Program-made: the position numbers and the translations under genes | From: Chromera velia | Lineage: Eukaryota | Assembly (NCBI GenBank): GCA_018398765.1 | Contig: JAHBMJ010000239.1 | Location: forward strand, 1 to 53,077 | Reading direction: 5' to 3' | Length of the DNA: 53,077 nt | Shown here: piece by piece, positions 33,833-45,722 of the stretch | Numbering within the stretch: position 1 is the stretch's first letter | Layout: the number at the start of each line of letters is the position of its first letter | The notes under the pieces: model-generated | What the model saw: the letters and a program-made list of their open reading frames with translations, nothing else | Database searches by the model: none | Told to the model about the DNA's origin: nothing

Positions 33833-36301
33833 TAGTGATCATATTTGATTTGATTTGATTTGATTTAATTTGATTTGAGGTAGGGCTTAAGCTCAAATCA
33901 AATATCCAGTCAGGGAGGACCTAGTGTTTAAAGACCTATCAAATACGATCAAATATTTGATTAATATGACTTTCAACCTCAAATATGAAGGTCCCGAAAA
34001 AACTTTTACAAGTACTGATCCATCACGCATGCTGATTTAAATAAAAAAACCTAAATCTTGATGGTTTGCTCTCAAAAAAAAAAATGTTTTGAGCTGCACT
34101 AAAATTGAGATTTCACCCCTTTTTACTTCATGCAGAGGTAAACCGATCAGCTGAACGTTTTTTCGAACAGCTGTGTTGACTTTTTGGTGCTGGAACATCT
34201 TTTATGGCCCCCTTTTTGAGCGTCTGCAAACATTTTACACCCCGTAAAGACATGTCATACAATCCGACAGGATCGAACGGGAAGAAGGAGGCATTTGTTT
34301 TTAGAGCCGGGTACGCAAAAAAAATATGGTCCGTGCAAAAGGGGGCAAATGTGATTCAGTGTCAGATGAAAATACAAGGAGCCGAGGGGGAAGGAGAAAC
34401 TATTTGTGGTTGTGAGTATGCAGCAGCGACAACCAGTTCTTTTCAAACCTATCTCATCAATCAGCATGGCTTGACAATCACGTCTGACAAACATGTGCAG
34501 CTGGTCCAAGAAAGACAGGAGAAGCGGTTGGAGGGGGCGGGGGGGATGAAGCAGCCTGACGTGCGAACGTTTTTCCCCACCAAAGATGAAGCAGAAGCCG
34601 TGGTCGCACCATATGCAGAGACGCATGAAAAGAGAATCAAGTGCGATATGCTGACCACTGACTTTCTGGCCAGTGCTGGCTGGCCTCATCTCATAAAAAA
34701 CGAGGCATTGCGAAAGCTGGTCAAGGCACTGGACCCCCGCTACGATCTCCCGTCTGTGGGGAAGGTGCAGAGACTTCTGCTCCCAACACTGAAGAACGAG
34801 ATTATTCTGTCAATCAAAGACAGGTTGAGAAAAGCAGCGACCCGACGAGTGTCGATCACCCTCGATATGTGGTCGCATTCAGGAAAGTTAGGGTTCCTGG
34901 CGATCACAATTCATTGGCTGACAGAGAACTTTAAGATGGATTCAGCCTCTTTTTTGGATCCCAAGACGACAATCTACCACGGGGCTGAGCAGATCGGAGA
35001 GATGGTTCGAAAGGTCCTGAATCTGCTCAGGATTTCGCTTAAGGAAGTTCTTACTGCTACATCAGACAGGGGAGGGAACGTTGTCAATGCGGTTGAGCTT
35101 CTTGGACTGCCATGGGTCCCTTGCTTGGCATACGCAATCCACAACACGGTTGTTACCGTTCTGAGAAACGACTCGGAAGTACAGAGAATCGTCTTGACAG
35201 CGCGGGAGACTGCCATGTGAATTCATAAGTTGGTCATGCATATATATGCTGTCTATACATACATATATGCCATCTATGTATATACGCGTGCGTGTCATAA
35301 GCCACATGGTGCCTTCACCTGCATGTCTAACCATCCTGGTCTACCCATACACTTCACACCTTTTCCCGTCTCTCAGTGCCTGGACTTACACGGCGATGAG
35401 TAGAGGATGCACTTTGATACATGCACTGTGTGATTGACATGTACATGCACTATGTGCAGCTCGCAAGAATTAGGTGTCTATCAGGCGCAGCAGGTTCGCT
35501 TCGACCTGCCAGCAAACAAGCCGGTTCTCGATGTAGGTACACGGTGGTCGGCAACTCATGCGATGCTCTTCGATCAGCACGTCCACAAGTTGCCGTGTCG
35601 GCCCTGGCACGGCACAGAGGGTAGCCGAACTTACCAACTCTGGATGCTTAGCTGCCTAGAAACAGGATGGTTCTAACACCAACAGCAATAGCAAACGTGT
35701 GCGCGGTTCTCCGTCTCACCCCGTTGTCATCTCTCCGCAACCGAATAGAAGCCTAGGAGCACCCACTCCTGGAAAGCCGAAAAGCCAGAGAAAAAGCTCT
35801 CAGCAGCTCCCACCACCGATCAATTCGATTCACATTGAAGAAAGTGATCATAAAGAAGAGAAAAAGGAAGTGCCATAAAGCTGAGTGATTGTCACCTCAA
35901 TTTTGGTACGTGCTCTAACTTTATCATATCAACAAAAAGTCATATGCAATTTTAAATCTATCAATTTTACGTTCTTAATCTCTATTAGTACTAGAGTGAG
36001 TCTTAGTGACTAGTGTATATACACTGCCATACAGGCATATTTTTTTTGCGGAACTGATAAGTTATAATTATATATATATATTTTTTTAAATTTTTGAAAC
36101 ACATATCAGAAATGTTCTGATAACTATTGTCATGAGAAAAATGATCAGAGTGACAGTAAGTCAGTGACTCAGTGAGGAACCCTAAGAGGTTGACCTCAAA
36201 TCTTACCTCAAATATCAAATATTTGAGGTTGAAGCTCAAATCAAATCAAATGAAATCAAATCAAATCAAATCAAATATAATCAAATCAAACATGGTCACT
36301 A
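33833..36301 (+). mobile_element. hAT transposon, inner copy inserted into the outer copy in the opposite orientation
   Basis: TAGTGATCAT...ATGGTCACTA termini; 8-bp TSD ATTGATCA at 33825-33832 and 36302-36309. Confidence 0.93.
34204..35676 (+). pseudogene. hAT (Ac-like) transposase with BED zinc finger; C-terminal part deleted
   Basis: ORF 34204-35220 has BED-like W...C...C...H, then SITLDMWS, TSDRGGN and PCLAY (for CxxH). After a probable intron (about 35217-35459) comes LDVGTRWSAT (TRWNS motif). No C-terminal dimerisation domain is seen. Confidence 0.9.
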
Positions 36302-37457
36302 ATTGATCAGGTGGGTTGAAAAAGAACTGGTTGCCGCTGCTGCATACTCACAGCCACAAATAGTCTCTCCTTCCCCCTCGGCTCCTTGTATTTTCACCTG
36401 ACACTGAATCACATTTGCCCCCTTTTGCACGGACCATATTTTTTTTGCGTACCCGGCTCTAAAAACAAATGTCTCCTTCTTCCCGTTTAACCCTGTCTTC
36501 TTGGAGCTTCTCCTGTCTTTCTTCCCGACTGCTTCCCGACTGCTTCTCCTGTCTTTCTTGGAGCAGCTGTACATGTTTGTCAGACGTGATTGTCAAGCCA
36601 TGCTGATTGATGAGGTGGGTTTGAAAAGAACTGGTTGCCGCTGCTGTATACTCACAGCCACAAATAGTTTTTCCTTCCCCCTCGGCTCCTTGTATTTTCA
36701 CCTGACATTGAATCACATTTGCCCCCTTTTGCACGGACCATATTTTTTTTGCGTACCCGGCTCTAAAAACAAATGCCTCCTTCTTCCCGTTCGACCCTGT
36801 CACATTGTGTGACATGTCTTTATGGGGTGTAAAATGTTTGCAGACGCTCAAAAAGGGGACCATAAAAGATGTTCCAGCACCAAAAAGTCAACACAGCTGT
36901 TCGGGAAAACGTTCAGCTGATCGGTTTACCTCTGCATGAAGTAAAAAGGGGTGAAATCCCAATTTTAGTGCAGCTCAAAACATTTTTTTTTTTGAGAGCA
37001 AACTATCAAGATTTAGGTTTTTTCATTTGAATCAGCATGCGTGATGGATCGGTACTTGCAAAAGTTTTTTCGGGACCTTCATATTTGAGGTTGAAAGTCA
37101 TATTGATCAAATATTTAATCGTATTTGATAGGTCTTTAAATACTAGGTCCTCCCTGACTGGATATTTGATTTGAGCTTAAGCCCTACCTCAAATCAAATC
37201 CAATCAAATCAAACATGGTCACAGTGACTACGTACAATAACAACTAGGACTAGAACTAGGGTTGAAACTAGGGTTGAAAGATGTTTAAAACTTTGAGTTG
37301 AGTAATAAGTTCGCGAGGAAGTTAGTTTAAAAGTACTTCTAAAAGGTGCTCCTCTAGGTATTCCTAGAGGTGCTCTAGGAAATCCTTCGTAGAAAAAAAG
37401 AAAAAAAAAATCTGGAGAGGTCTATTTTTTTTTTTTTTACCACTGTGCGTCGCCTAG

Positions 37458-38775
37458 TTTTCAGCCTTGGAAGGGTATTGCAAGGAATGGGGATTTACTG
37501 TGAACTTAAAGAAAACGAAAATCTTGCGTCTAATTGCCTTAGCTCTGGGGCAGTCTGCAGGTAGAGTCGTGTATAGTGGGAGGGAAGTTGAATGGACATC
37601 CAAATACAAATATTTGGGGTATGTTTTCTTTGAAGGGGGGTGCTTGAACAAGACAATTGAGTCCCGTATTGCTTCTGCTTCACGGGCTCTGGGAGGGGCA
37701 ATTGGGTTGATTGTGAGCATGGGCGCGTTCAGTATTGACGCATAGGTAACAGTTTTTAGAGCCTGCTGGACCCTCATAGCACTCTACTGCCTTGAATATC
37801 TGTTAGTACGGGATGCAGACCTGCTCGCTGAGCCGTCTTGCTCTTGATGCTTTGCAGCTTTGGTTTGCCCGTTGGTGTGGTCATTTGTTTGCTCGCAGCC
37901 TCCGCCTGCCCTCAGAGTCTCTTTACATCCTTGGTCTTCTTCCCTGCAAAGCCCTTCTCTACTCCCACATGGCTGACTGGTGGCACTCTTTTTCTATCAT
38001 AATACATACTATTCCTGCAGCCATGTTGCGTGTCTGGAAGAATAACTGCTGCCAACAATTTAAAAAAAAAGTTCACGAGGTCTATAGACAAGCTGTTTTA
38101 TTGGGCTGATTTGATTTTTATCTGCTCGTTGAAGGTCGAGCCCGATCTATCTTCCCAATGCGGGCAGAATGGTCGTAGGGCACAAGGCACCGGCTTACTT
38201 TTCTTCAAAGGTAAGGTGAGACAGACAGTTACAAAGGAATGTATGAAGGCTTCTGAGGATGATGGCCAATCTTCCTCTCACTTTCCCCTCCTTGCTAGAC
38301 TCACCCCTCTGTAGCGCGACTTCCCATCTTCCCGCCGTATGTTTATCTTTCTCCTGTGCAGCAAGTCGTCCTCCAGTGTTCCTTCCGTCTCTGCCCTTCC
38401 CCGTTCTGCCCTGTCGGTTACGGATGGCTCGATCTTCCCCGTTCATGCTGATATACAACCCAATGGGCGGGCAAGGTGGGCTGCCTGTTGGTTGCTCTAA
38501 TAGAAAGCTGTGCACCCATGAAGCCTGCTGCCAGTGTGTAGATTATTTTATTCATCAGCTCTCTGTTTGCTCCTGATGGACTGCCGAACAAGGCTTTTTG
38601 CAGTGGTTGGCATTAATTCAATCAGACTGCTTCACTCGTTATAACTCAGTGTCACCTTTTGCATCCGCCTCTTTTTCTGATCTGGGGACTCATAAGTTTA
38701 TCACATCGCTCTTGCACTCTCAACCCTCTCTCTTCTTTATGATTTTTTATTATATTATAATAAATGATTGATTAA
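37458..38775 (+). pseudogene. LINE remnant, 3' part (continuation of 32060-32704)
   Basis: LEGYCKEWGFTVNLKKTKIL...EWTSKYKYLG are post-YADD RT motifs. The sequence is degenerate thereafter and the 3' boundary is approximate. Confidence 0.8.
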
Positions 38776-38974
38776 ATTAAGTTTAAATAACTGCCATCCA
38801 CTTAGTTTGCAGCTGGCACAATTGAACAGACCCATGCATGTATGCGCCGCCCGGGAGTTCTAACTCCACCTAGGGTTTGGCATTAATCAATCAATCAATC
38901 AATCAGATTATGAGTAGTATAAGTAAGTATAAGGTATATATAACTAACTTGAACTTAGATATATATTATATATA

Positions 38975-39732
38975 TGGTCTTATCCCTATTAAATTGGGGT
39001 ATAAATGGGAGAAATGGGGCCTCATTTCACCCCAATTTCCCAAAATACGCCAATATTTTTTAGGGGGTTAATTATGTTATATGAAGCTCAAATTAGACTC
39101 ATAAAAACCGTCTAACATTGTTTTATTCATTTCAAACCCTTTTAAAGCTATTCACAATATTTTTTACATAAAAAACATAAATGGAGGAAATGGAGTAAAA
39201 TTAATTGGGTAACCCAATTTCCGATACCATATTTTACCCCATTTTTACCCTAGTTTTTACCCCATTTTACCCCATTTCCCCAAATGTACCAATATTTTTA
39301 AGGGGGTTAGTTGTATTATATGAAGTTCAAATTAGGCTTATAAAAACCGTCTAACGTTATTCTACTCATTTCAAATACTTTGAAAGCCATTCACTATTTT
39401 TTTGTATATATAAAAAAATATTCTTCCCAATGTTACCCCAATTCATCCCGAAAATTACATAAGAAATTTTGCTCTGGAATTGGGGCCCCTATTTCACCCT
39501 AATTTCCAATTATGTTTATAATTTATGAATAACTAAGCTGTTATAATATTCTAAATTACTTAATTAAATTTTAAAAGCCCCAAACTTCTAGAAACACGCC
39601 TTATTTTAACTAGATAACATGTTTTTATTAGTTAAAAAATGTATCCCATTTTGAGGAAATGGGGCGAAATAGGCCCCAATTTACCCCCATTCACCCCATT
39701 TATACCCCAATTTCATAAGGAGCATATGACTC
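38975..39732. mobile_element. AT-rich MITE-like element with imperfect TIRs and an internal ~140-bp direct duplication
   Basis: AAATTGGGGTATAAATGGG near 38991 pairs with CCCATTTATACCCCAATTT near 39695. 39030-39170 resembles 39270-39410, and there are many ACCCCA(A/T)TT motifs. Confidence 0.65.
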
Positions 39733-39787
39733 TTATAATAGAATGTAGGATATCCTAGATACAACTAGAGATCGATATAACTAGATA

Positions 39788-40203
39788 TACCCCCCTGTTA
39801 CTACTAGCCTAAGTTGAACCATACATTGTCTTACCTTTGTCCTAGCCTTTATCTTCTTTCTAGGTCTTCTTCAGCCCGATGGACCGGCGATGGTAGGGCC
39901 AATCAATGTCTAGGCTCCCCATAACAAAAGAAAAAAAAAAGAAAGTCTGGTTAAAAACCTATCCATGCACGCAGAGTGTATCCATGCATACGTTAATCAC
40001 AGACGGCTCAAGTCGTGCGCATCTCCGCGGCAACTTTGTCACGTCGACGTGCTGCAGCCTTAAGTCGCCCGCCGCCGCAGCATTAATCCTCCAAAGTTCT
40101 GTACCTTTATCTCAAAGCATACTCCGAACTTCTGCAACAAAGTTTAAGACTATTCCGAACTTCTGCAGCTTCAGTTCAAGGAGTCAATAGTGACAGGGGG
40201 GTA
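39788..40203. mobile_element. 416-bp non-autonomous DNA transposon with TACCCCCCTG TIRs and 8-bp TSD
   Basis: TACCCCCCTGTTACTA...TAGTGACAGGGGGGTA flanked by ACTAGATA at 39780-39787 and 40204-40211. Confidence 0.85.
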
Positions 40204-40524
40204 ACTAGATACAACCTTATTGTATTTGGGAGTAATTCTATAAGAGCAATATAGGGACAATTAGAATGCTAGTTAGAATACCCAATTGCTAACCTAATTA
40301 TAAATTTATAATTCTAACTTCCCATGCATGCATGTACATGCATGTATACAATTCAAAACAATTAAATTGAATTAATGGGAAACATTTTTTTCTATATTAT
40401 ACTGATTCATACATTTTATACTATATATCAAATGTTACACAAGCTAGTGCATAATTAAGTGGTGCAATACAGTACGCCATGGGCCGTGTTATAAATGTTG
40501 GTAAATGTTTAACGTAGTTCTAAA

Positions 40525-41817
40525 TACCCCCCTGTCACTATCGACTCCTTGAAGTAAGGCTTGAACTGAGACTGCGGAAGGTCGGATTCGGAATAGTCTT
40601 GAACTTTGTTGCAGAAGTTCGGAGGATGCTTTGAGATAAAGGATGCAGAACTTCGGAGGGGTACAAGACAGAAGTTAGTACAGAGAGAAAGTGAGTGGTT
40701 GAAGAAGGAGGTTTAGACAGCCTAGCTCATATAAGAAGAAACTAACTAGGAAACTAAGAGGGAGTCGAAAGTATGAAAGGTGACGACAACAGAGGCGGAC
40801 AGAGGGATCTTTGGCCGTTACCAAAGTGAAAAGGGCAGTTGCATTTGACCAGTACGTCGCTGCATCAAGACAACATGTGGAAGCCTCGTGCAGAAGAAAG
40901 ACTGACTGTCAAATTTCATATAAGACAATATGTGGTTACACTATGGTATTGAATACTAATAAAGATTGACGTAGCGCAGAACTTTGGAATAGACTTGAAC
41001 TTTATGATGATAATAATGATTGAGGGTTAAATCCTAGATTTAGCGACGCCAAATCCCAAGCCATTAGCAAGGCTTTGAGGATAACCCAGAGCACACATTC
41101 ATGGGGGGGGGATGAGGAAGCCTGCATGCCAATCGGATTGATTCGCCTCAACTTGCCTTATCGACAGAATGGGCCTTCTTGAGACAGTCGGCTATAGCTT
41201 TAGAACCGCTTCTAGGCAGGATTGTGCACAACAGCAACACCATATCCTTCATTTTCTTCTTATTATCAGAAGTACCCCTCCCGGTTGCACCTGCAACACG
41301 TTGTGCGATCTGTATTCTTATGTCAATGAGCATTTTCTGCTTCACAATTTTGTACAGTACTTTCAGCCTGTTCCGTTCCCTTTCTATGTCCTTACACTCC
41401 GTCAGGACATGAACCTCATCTTTGATCACATGCGAGAGGGACAAACATTTACCGCACAGCCATTCCGGTTGGGTTCTATCTATATCCCATAGTGTTTCCT
41501 CAATCATGTGTATTGAGAAGGCGGGCTGAGAAGGAGGAGGGAAGGCCAGACCAACAGGTGCAGGTGGAAGACCAGGACCGTCGAAGACCCCTGCCCAGAA
41601 CTGAGTGAAGGAAGATGCAGCGGGTTTATTATCCTCTCCCCTCTGTATTTTGATTTTCCTATTCCATTGCCAAACTTTCGAGGGGTCATTGACAACTGCT
41701 GCTTCTCTAGCTAGTCTCTCTGCTGTCTGTTGCTTGAGCTTACTCCTGTGAAAAGCGCAGAACTTAGGCTAAACTTGAATCTTCTAAAAAGTTTTAGTCG
41801 ATAGTGATAGGGGGGTA
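40525..41817. mobile_element. Second TACCCCCCT-TIR element, in opposite orientation, containing a LINE fragment
   Basis: TACCCCCCTGTCACTATCGACT...AGTCGATAGTGATAGGGGGGTA. 40525-40655 is approximately the reverse complement of 40093-40203. No TSD was found. Confidence 0.65.
41005..41507 (-). pseudogene. 3' end of a LINE ORF2 (CCHC zinc knuckle) with 3' tail
   Basis: CGKC...KDEVHVLTEC matches the C-x2-C...E-x-H-x4-C knuckle of non-LTR ORF2. The minus-strand tail AACCCTCAATCATTATTATC is near 41010-41028. Confidence 0.7.
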
Positions 41818-41819
41818 GA

Positions 41820-42120
41820 TGGTGTGAAGCAAGCCTTCCAGTGGAAGGAGCTTATGTCTGCTTTGTGGGGCAAGTCTCCCTCTGTGGAGATTTATACAGA
41901 TAGTGCCCCTTTGCTTGTGCAGTTGGAAAGCGGGTCCTCATAGAGAGAGCCTCACATGGATGGTCTGCTGAAGTACGTTCGGCAGGAGCTTCGTGCGCTC
42001 CGCGCAAAAGTGTTGTAGGTGTCTACGAAGGATCAGAGGGCCAACAAGCATACGAAGTTCATTGTAGAAAGAGTGAAGGGGAGGAGTATACCTTCGATAG
42101 AGATTGAAGTAGGGGGTGCA
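41820..42120 (+). pseudogene. Ty1/copia-type RNase H C-terminal remnant followed by a PPT-like tract
   Basis: VEIYTDSAPLL...KYVRQEL...VL*VSTKDQRANKHTK resembles the copia RNase H end (TD...Q-x-AD-x-x-TK). AGTAGGGGG lies at about 42108-42116. Confidence 0.65.
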
Positions 42121-42592
42121 GTTGAGCCTAAGAGAAAGGTTCTGAATTTTACGAAGTCTGCTCATAAGCTAGTCTGCTCATGCGACTTCATTCTCTCAAA
42201 TTGCTAGTCTAAGAATGAATTGATGTGTGATTGAACGATTCATTGAGTGAGAGATTTTGTGTTTGTGTAGTGATAGCCTATATGTTCCCTCCCGCCTTCG
42301 TTCGGCATTCGGTTAAGGGGTCATTGTTAGGCCGTCGAATGCATGGTTATTCGCTAGGGTTATTCGTTAGTGCTTTTCCGGGGCCGTTTGCATGTTAATC
42401 CGTACGAGCTCTGTTTATGGAGCACATTCATATGTGTTGTTCTGATTTTTATGGTGTTGTGCCGTATGTATGAAACGGCGAGATCCGTCTTACCGTGTAT
42501 CTAGTTTGCAGTGTTGTATTGACCCCCCTTCTCCCCGGACCTGAATTCTAGACCTGAATTACTGAATATCATCATCAACCCCTAGACTTTAT

Positions 42593-42832
42593 CACCCCCT
42601 GACACTCTAGTAAACTTGAAACGCTGCGCCATAGGCGTGGCCAGACTTGAAACGCCTGCATCGCAGGCGCGGCTTAATTTGAAGGTAACACGCCGAAAGC
42701 GCTGCTAAAATAAAGTACACTTAAAATTTTTTGTAAAAGGCGCAGACAGTCTTGAAAGAACCGTACGGCAAGCGTGGCCAGCATTAAAAAATCCATTTTA
42801 AGACAGACAGGTCCTGGAGTGTCAGGGGGGTT
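42593..42832. mobile_element. ~240-bp MITE with ACCCCCTGACACTC(T/C)AG TIRs
   Basis: ACCCCCTGACACTCTAG pairs with CTGGAGTGTCAGGGGGGT. Degenerate flanking repeat GACTTTAT/GACTTGTA. Confidence 0.6.
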
Positions 42833-43554
42833 GACTTGTATTTACTTGTATTAGACAAAAGGCTTACTGGGCAAAGAATGGCAAAGACTATGCATGGTAA
42901 AATTCATTTCGTTAAAAAAAAAAAAATAGAAAAAGCCAGTTGATTTTGCTTTAATATATAGTGTGATCTATAGTGATCTATAAACCGGTTAGATGGGTAT
43001 TTCTCTTATGTTGATCTGTAAAGTGTTCACTTCAGACCATCTAAACTGATCGAAGTTTTTGGGCTACGGAGTACTAGTACTATAGCCTGACGGAGTAGAC
43101 TCACCAATAAATGAGAGTGCCAAGTATCTTCAACAGAGCCTTTCATTTCAGATTTTGGACAGGTTGAGATTGACTTCAGAGAACTTCTAATACAGTATAG
43201 TTGAATACAGTCAATCTTGTTTTTGCTTCTTTAATTTCTTTTGATCTTTGAAAATTCCTTAAAGAGTTTATTGTGTCTCCATACACGGGTATGTAGTTAC
43301 TAGTAGTAACTGTTACTACATCTATGCATAAGTTGGCACTAATTGGCACCCTATGGCGTATGCTGGCTAAACTTAGGAGGGGAGGGGGGTATGCCCCCCC
43401 CGCATCCCCCTTTAGTTCAAAATTTGAATAAGGGGGGGAACATAATAGCCTATAGTTCTTGGTCATGCCCTCCTCCAAAGGGACTATGCCCCCTCCGCCC
43501 CCCCCTAAACAAGTTTAAACAGTATGCTATCATGGCATTCTAGGATAGCGGAGC

Positions 43555-43642
43555 CATGGCGTGGCGCCCTGGGTTAGTGCCCTGGGTTGGCGTCCTAAGC
43601 TTACGCTCTGGGTGACGCTATAGATGGCGCCCTAGGTTGGAG
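43555..43642 (+). repeat. Degenerate ~13-14-bp minisatellite (GGCGCCCTGGGTT)n
   Basis: About six variant units, differing mostly by transitions. Confidence 0.65.
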
Positions 43643-44704
43643 GTATATATAGTCGGAAGCACTTTTCTGAACCGTATCTATCAGCATTGCTATTGGGTAA
43701 TTAATGCATGCTGCATGCTAGGCTCAGGCTACACAGGTAATAAATGGGTAATGCATTGGGTATTACTCTAAGGTATTACTAGGTATATCATAATAATGAG
43801 GCAAGTTTGGCATAAAACGGCTCATAAACTGGTTAACTTCTTCGAAAAACGGGCGCTAAGCTGCGAACTCGAAACTTTCTGTCTTTTATCAAGAAAAAAC
43901 ACTTTTATAAAATATATTTTTGCTCTGCTTCTCCTCTCTTCTCTTTGCTTTTCTACTCTTAGGCTACCGTTGTTTGAAGAACAAGCCGCACTAAAAGTGA
44001 TCGATGAGCAGATTGCTCTTAGCATCGAGCTTAATCAGGCAAACTAGTCAGGCGAACCGGAACTTTTTAACGAACTAGGCTAGATCCGGCCCTCATATAT
44101 TATGGGAAGTTGCATTGGGAACGTGGCATGCTAGTACAAAAATTTAATGTATAATAAAAACCCCAATCATTAACTTGAAGATGAGGAAGAACCAGAAGTC
44201 AACGCACTCCAGACTACTTTTAATTATTATGACTTGTTAGTGCGTTACGACTTCCTCTTTCTCGCACCTCTACAGCTGTACCCTCTAAGTGCCGTTTCTT
44301 CCTTCAGATTCTCCTGAGAATCTCAGGCTCCTTAAGCCTGGTAAAACCTGTATTTAATTTAATATGATGATTGATTTTTTCTTCTTTTTTAATTATGTAC
44401 TCGAACCTGATTTATTAGAGAAGAGTTCTCTCAAGATTTTGTAATTGCCCAGGCCCTTCGGTGCGAATAAACATGTTTGAACGCGCGGAAAATCTGTTCG
44501 AACGCGCGGCCATACGTTCGATTCCGTCGCCATCCTCAGTAGATTAGAACATGCGTTCAGATTTGTATTCGAACATACACACGAAGCATGACATCTTCAA
44601 ACACGCAAATCAGAACATGTGTTTGAGCATTTCAAACTCTTGATTGATCGAGCTAGAACATATGTCACCACATATGCTGCTTACCGATCAATCGAACTAT
44701 ATAG

Positions 44705-45472
44705 ATGCTTTCCACTGATCGATTTGACCCGCATTACAACTTTGCGGAAGTCTTGCTGGACCAGTGGTTAAAGTTCCAGATTTCTTCCACTGCAGTCAGA
44801 GAGATAGTGAGAGCCTACAATCTTGTTCAAGAATATGAAAAGAAAGTGCTACTGACTTCTGTGTTCGTTGCCAGTTCCAACGATGCTACAAAGCAAGTGG
44901 AGCGTTGGTTAGAAGGTTTTATTCCTGTGCCAGAGGTTGGCGGTGGCATTTCAATCAGTCAGACAGTCTATAACCCCCTTCAAAGGAAACAGAATGTGGT
45001 TCGTGCTGGACCGGGAGAGGAGTGTGTACCCTATTTCTCCCTCTCTGATAGTCTTCGTCTTTTTTCGCGTTTTCGTTCTTTCCGGGGGGAGTTGCAGGCC
45101 TTTTTCAACTTCAAGAGGAGTTTTTTTGAGAACGGTCTGGATGATGAAACATATTACCATGGCCTCTCAGGGAGGGCCTACCAAGCGAACCGTCTCCTCT
45201 TCCGCCATCCTACCTCCATCCCAGTTCTGAAGTATGCTGACAGCGTGGATCCTAATCCGGGCTTTGCAGGTAACGTGTTCAACAACTACTATATGTATAC
45301 CTCGTGTCTGGACTTCATGCACCTCAGATCCAAATTTGCCTTCACAAACGTGTTTTCGTACTCAGTAGTCCTCCACGAGCAGACTTAGGCAGGTCTGTCT
45401 GTATCCGTCTGTGTTCTAAATCGTTTCAATCTATCTGTATTCATTTATGTCTGGCTGCCGGTCTTTTATCCG

Positions 45473-45550
<78 letters not shown>

Positions 45551-45664
45551 GTGTGTGTTTATCTGTGTGTTCGAAATACAAACTTCTCATGCGTATGTGT
45601 ATGTGTGTGTGTGTGTGTATATATGTGTGTGTGTGTCTGGCTGCTGGTCTTTTATCCGGAGTGT

Positions 45665-45722
<58 letters not shown>

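Larger units (their letters stand above)
33100..37230 (-). mobile_element. hAT transposon, internally deleted and rearranged outer copy
   Basis: TAGTGAC terminus with (ATTTG)n subterminal repeats; 8-bp TSD CGTACAAT at 33092-33099 and 37231-37238. BED-finger ORF remnants at 36459-36863, 36299-36574 and 33582-33830. Internal tandem duplications are present. Confidence 0.88.
32705..37457. mobile_element. Non-autonomous TIR element (about 0.6 kb without nested inserts) inserted in the LINE; superfamily unassigned
   Basis: Perfect TIRs CTAGGCGACGCACAGTGGT(A)n and (T)nACCACTGTGCGTCGCCTAG. Direct repeat TTTTCAGC at 32697-32704 and 37458-37465 (10 or 12 bp if the TIR starts 1-2 nt further in). Excision restores the LINE frame QKKFSALEGY. 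Confidence 0.9.

Noticed and set aside
37250..37280. TAGGGTT motifs as interstitial telomeric repeats
   Set aside because: Only two spaced units (ACTAGGGTTGAA) are present, not a tandem telomeric array.
32117..45388. In-frame TAG/TAA at conserved Q/W positions, suggesting a ciliate-like code or readthrough
   Set aside because: They occur only in TE remnants that also have frameshifts, and are explained by C-to-T or G-to-A changes. Host exons have no internal stops, and the MAPR gene ends in TAG at the expected position.
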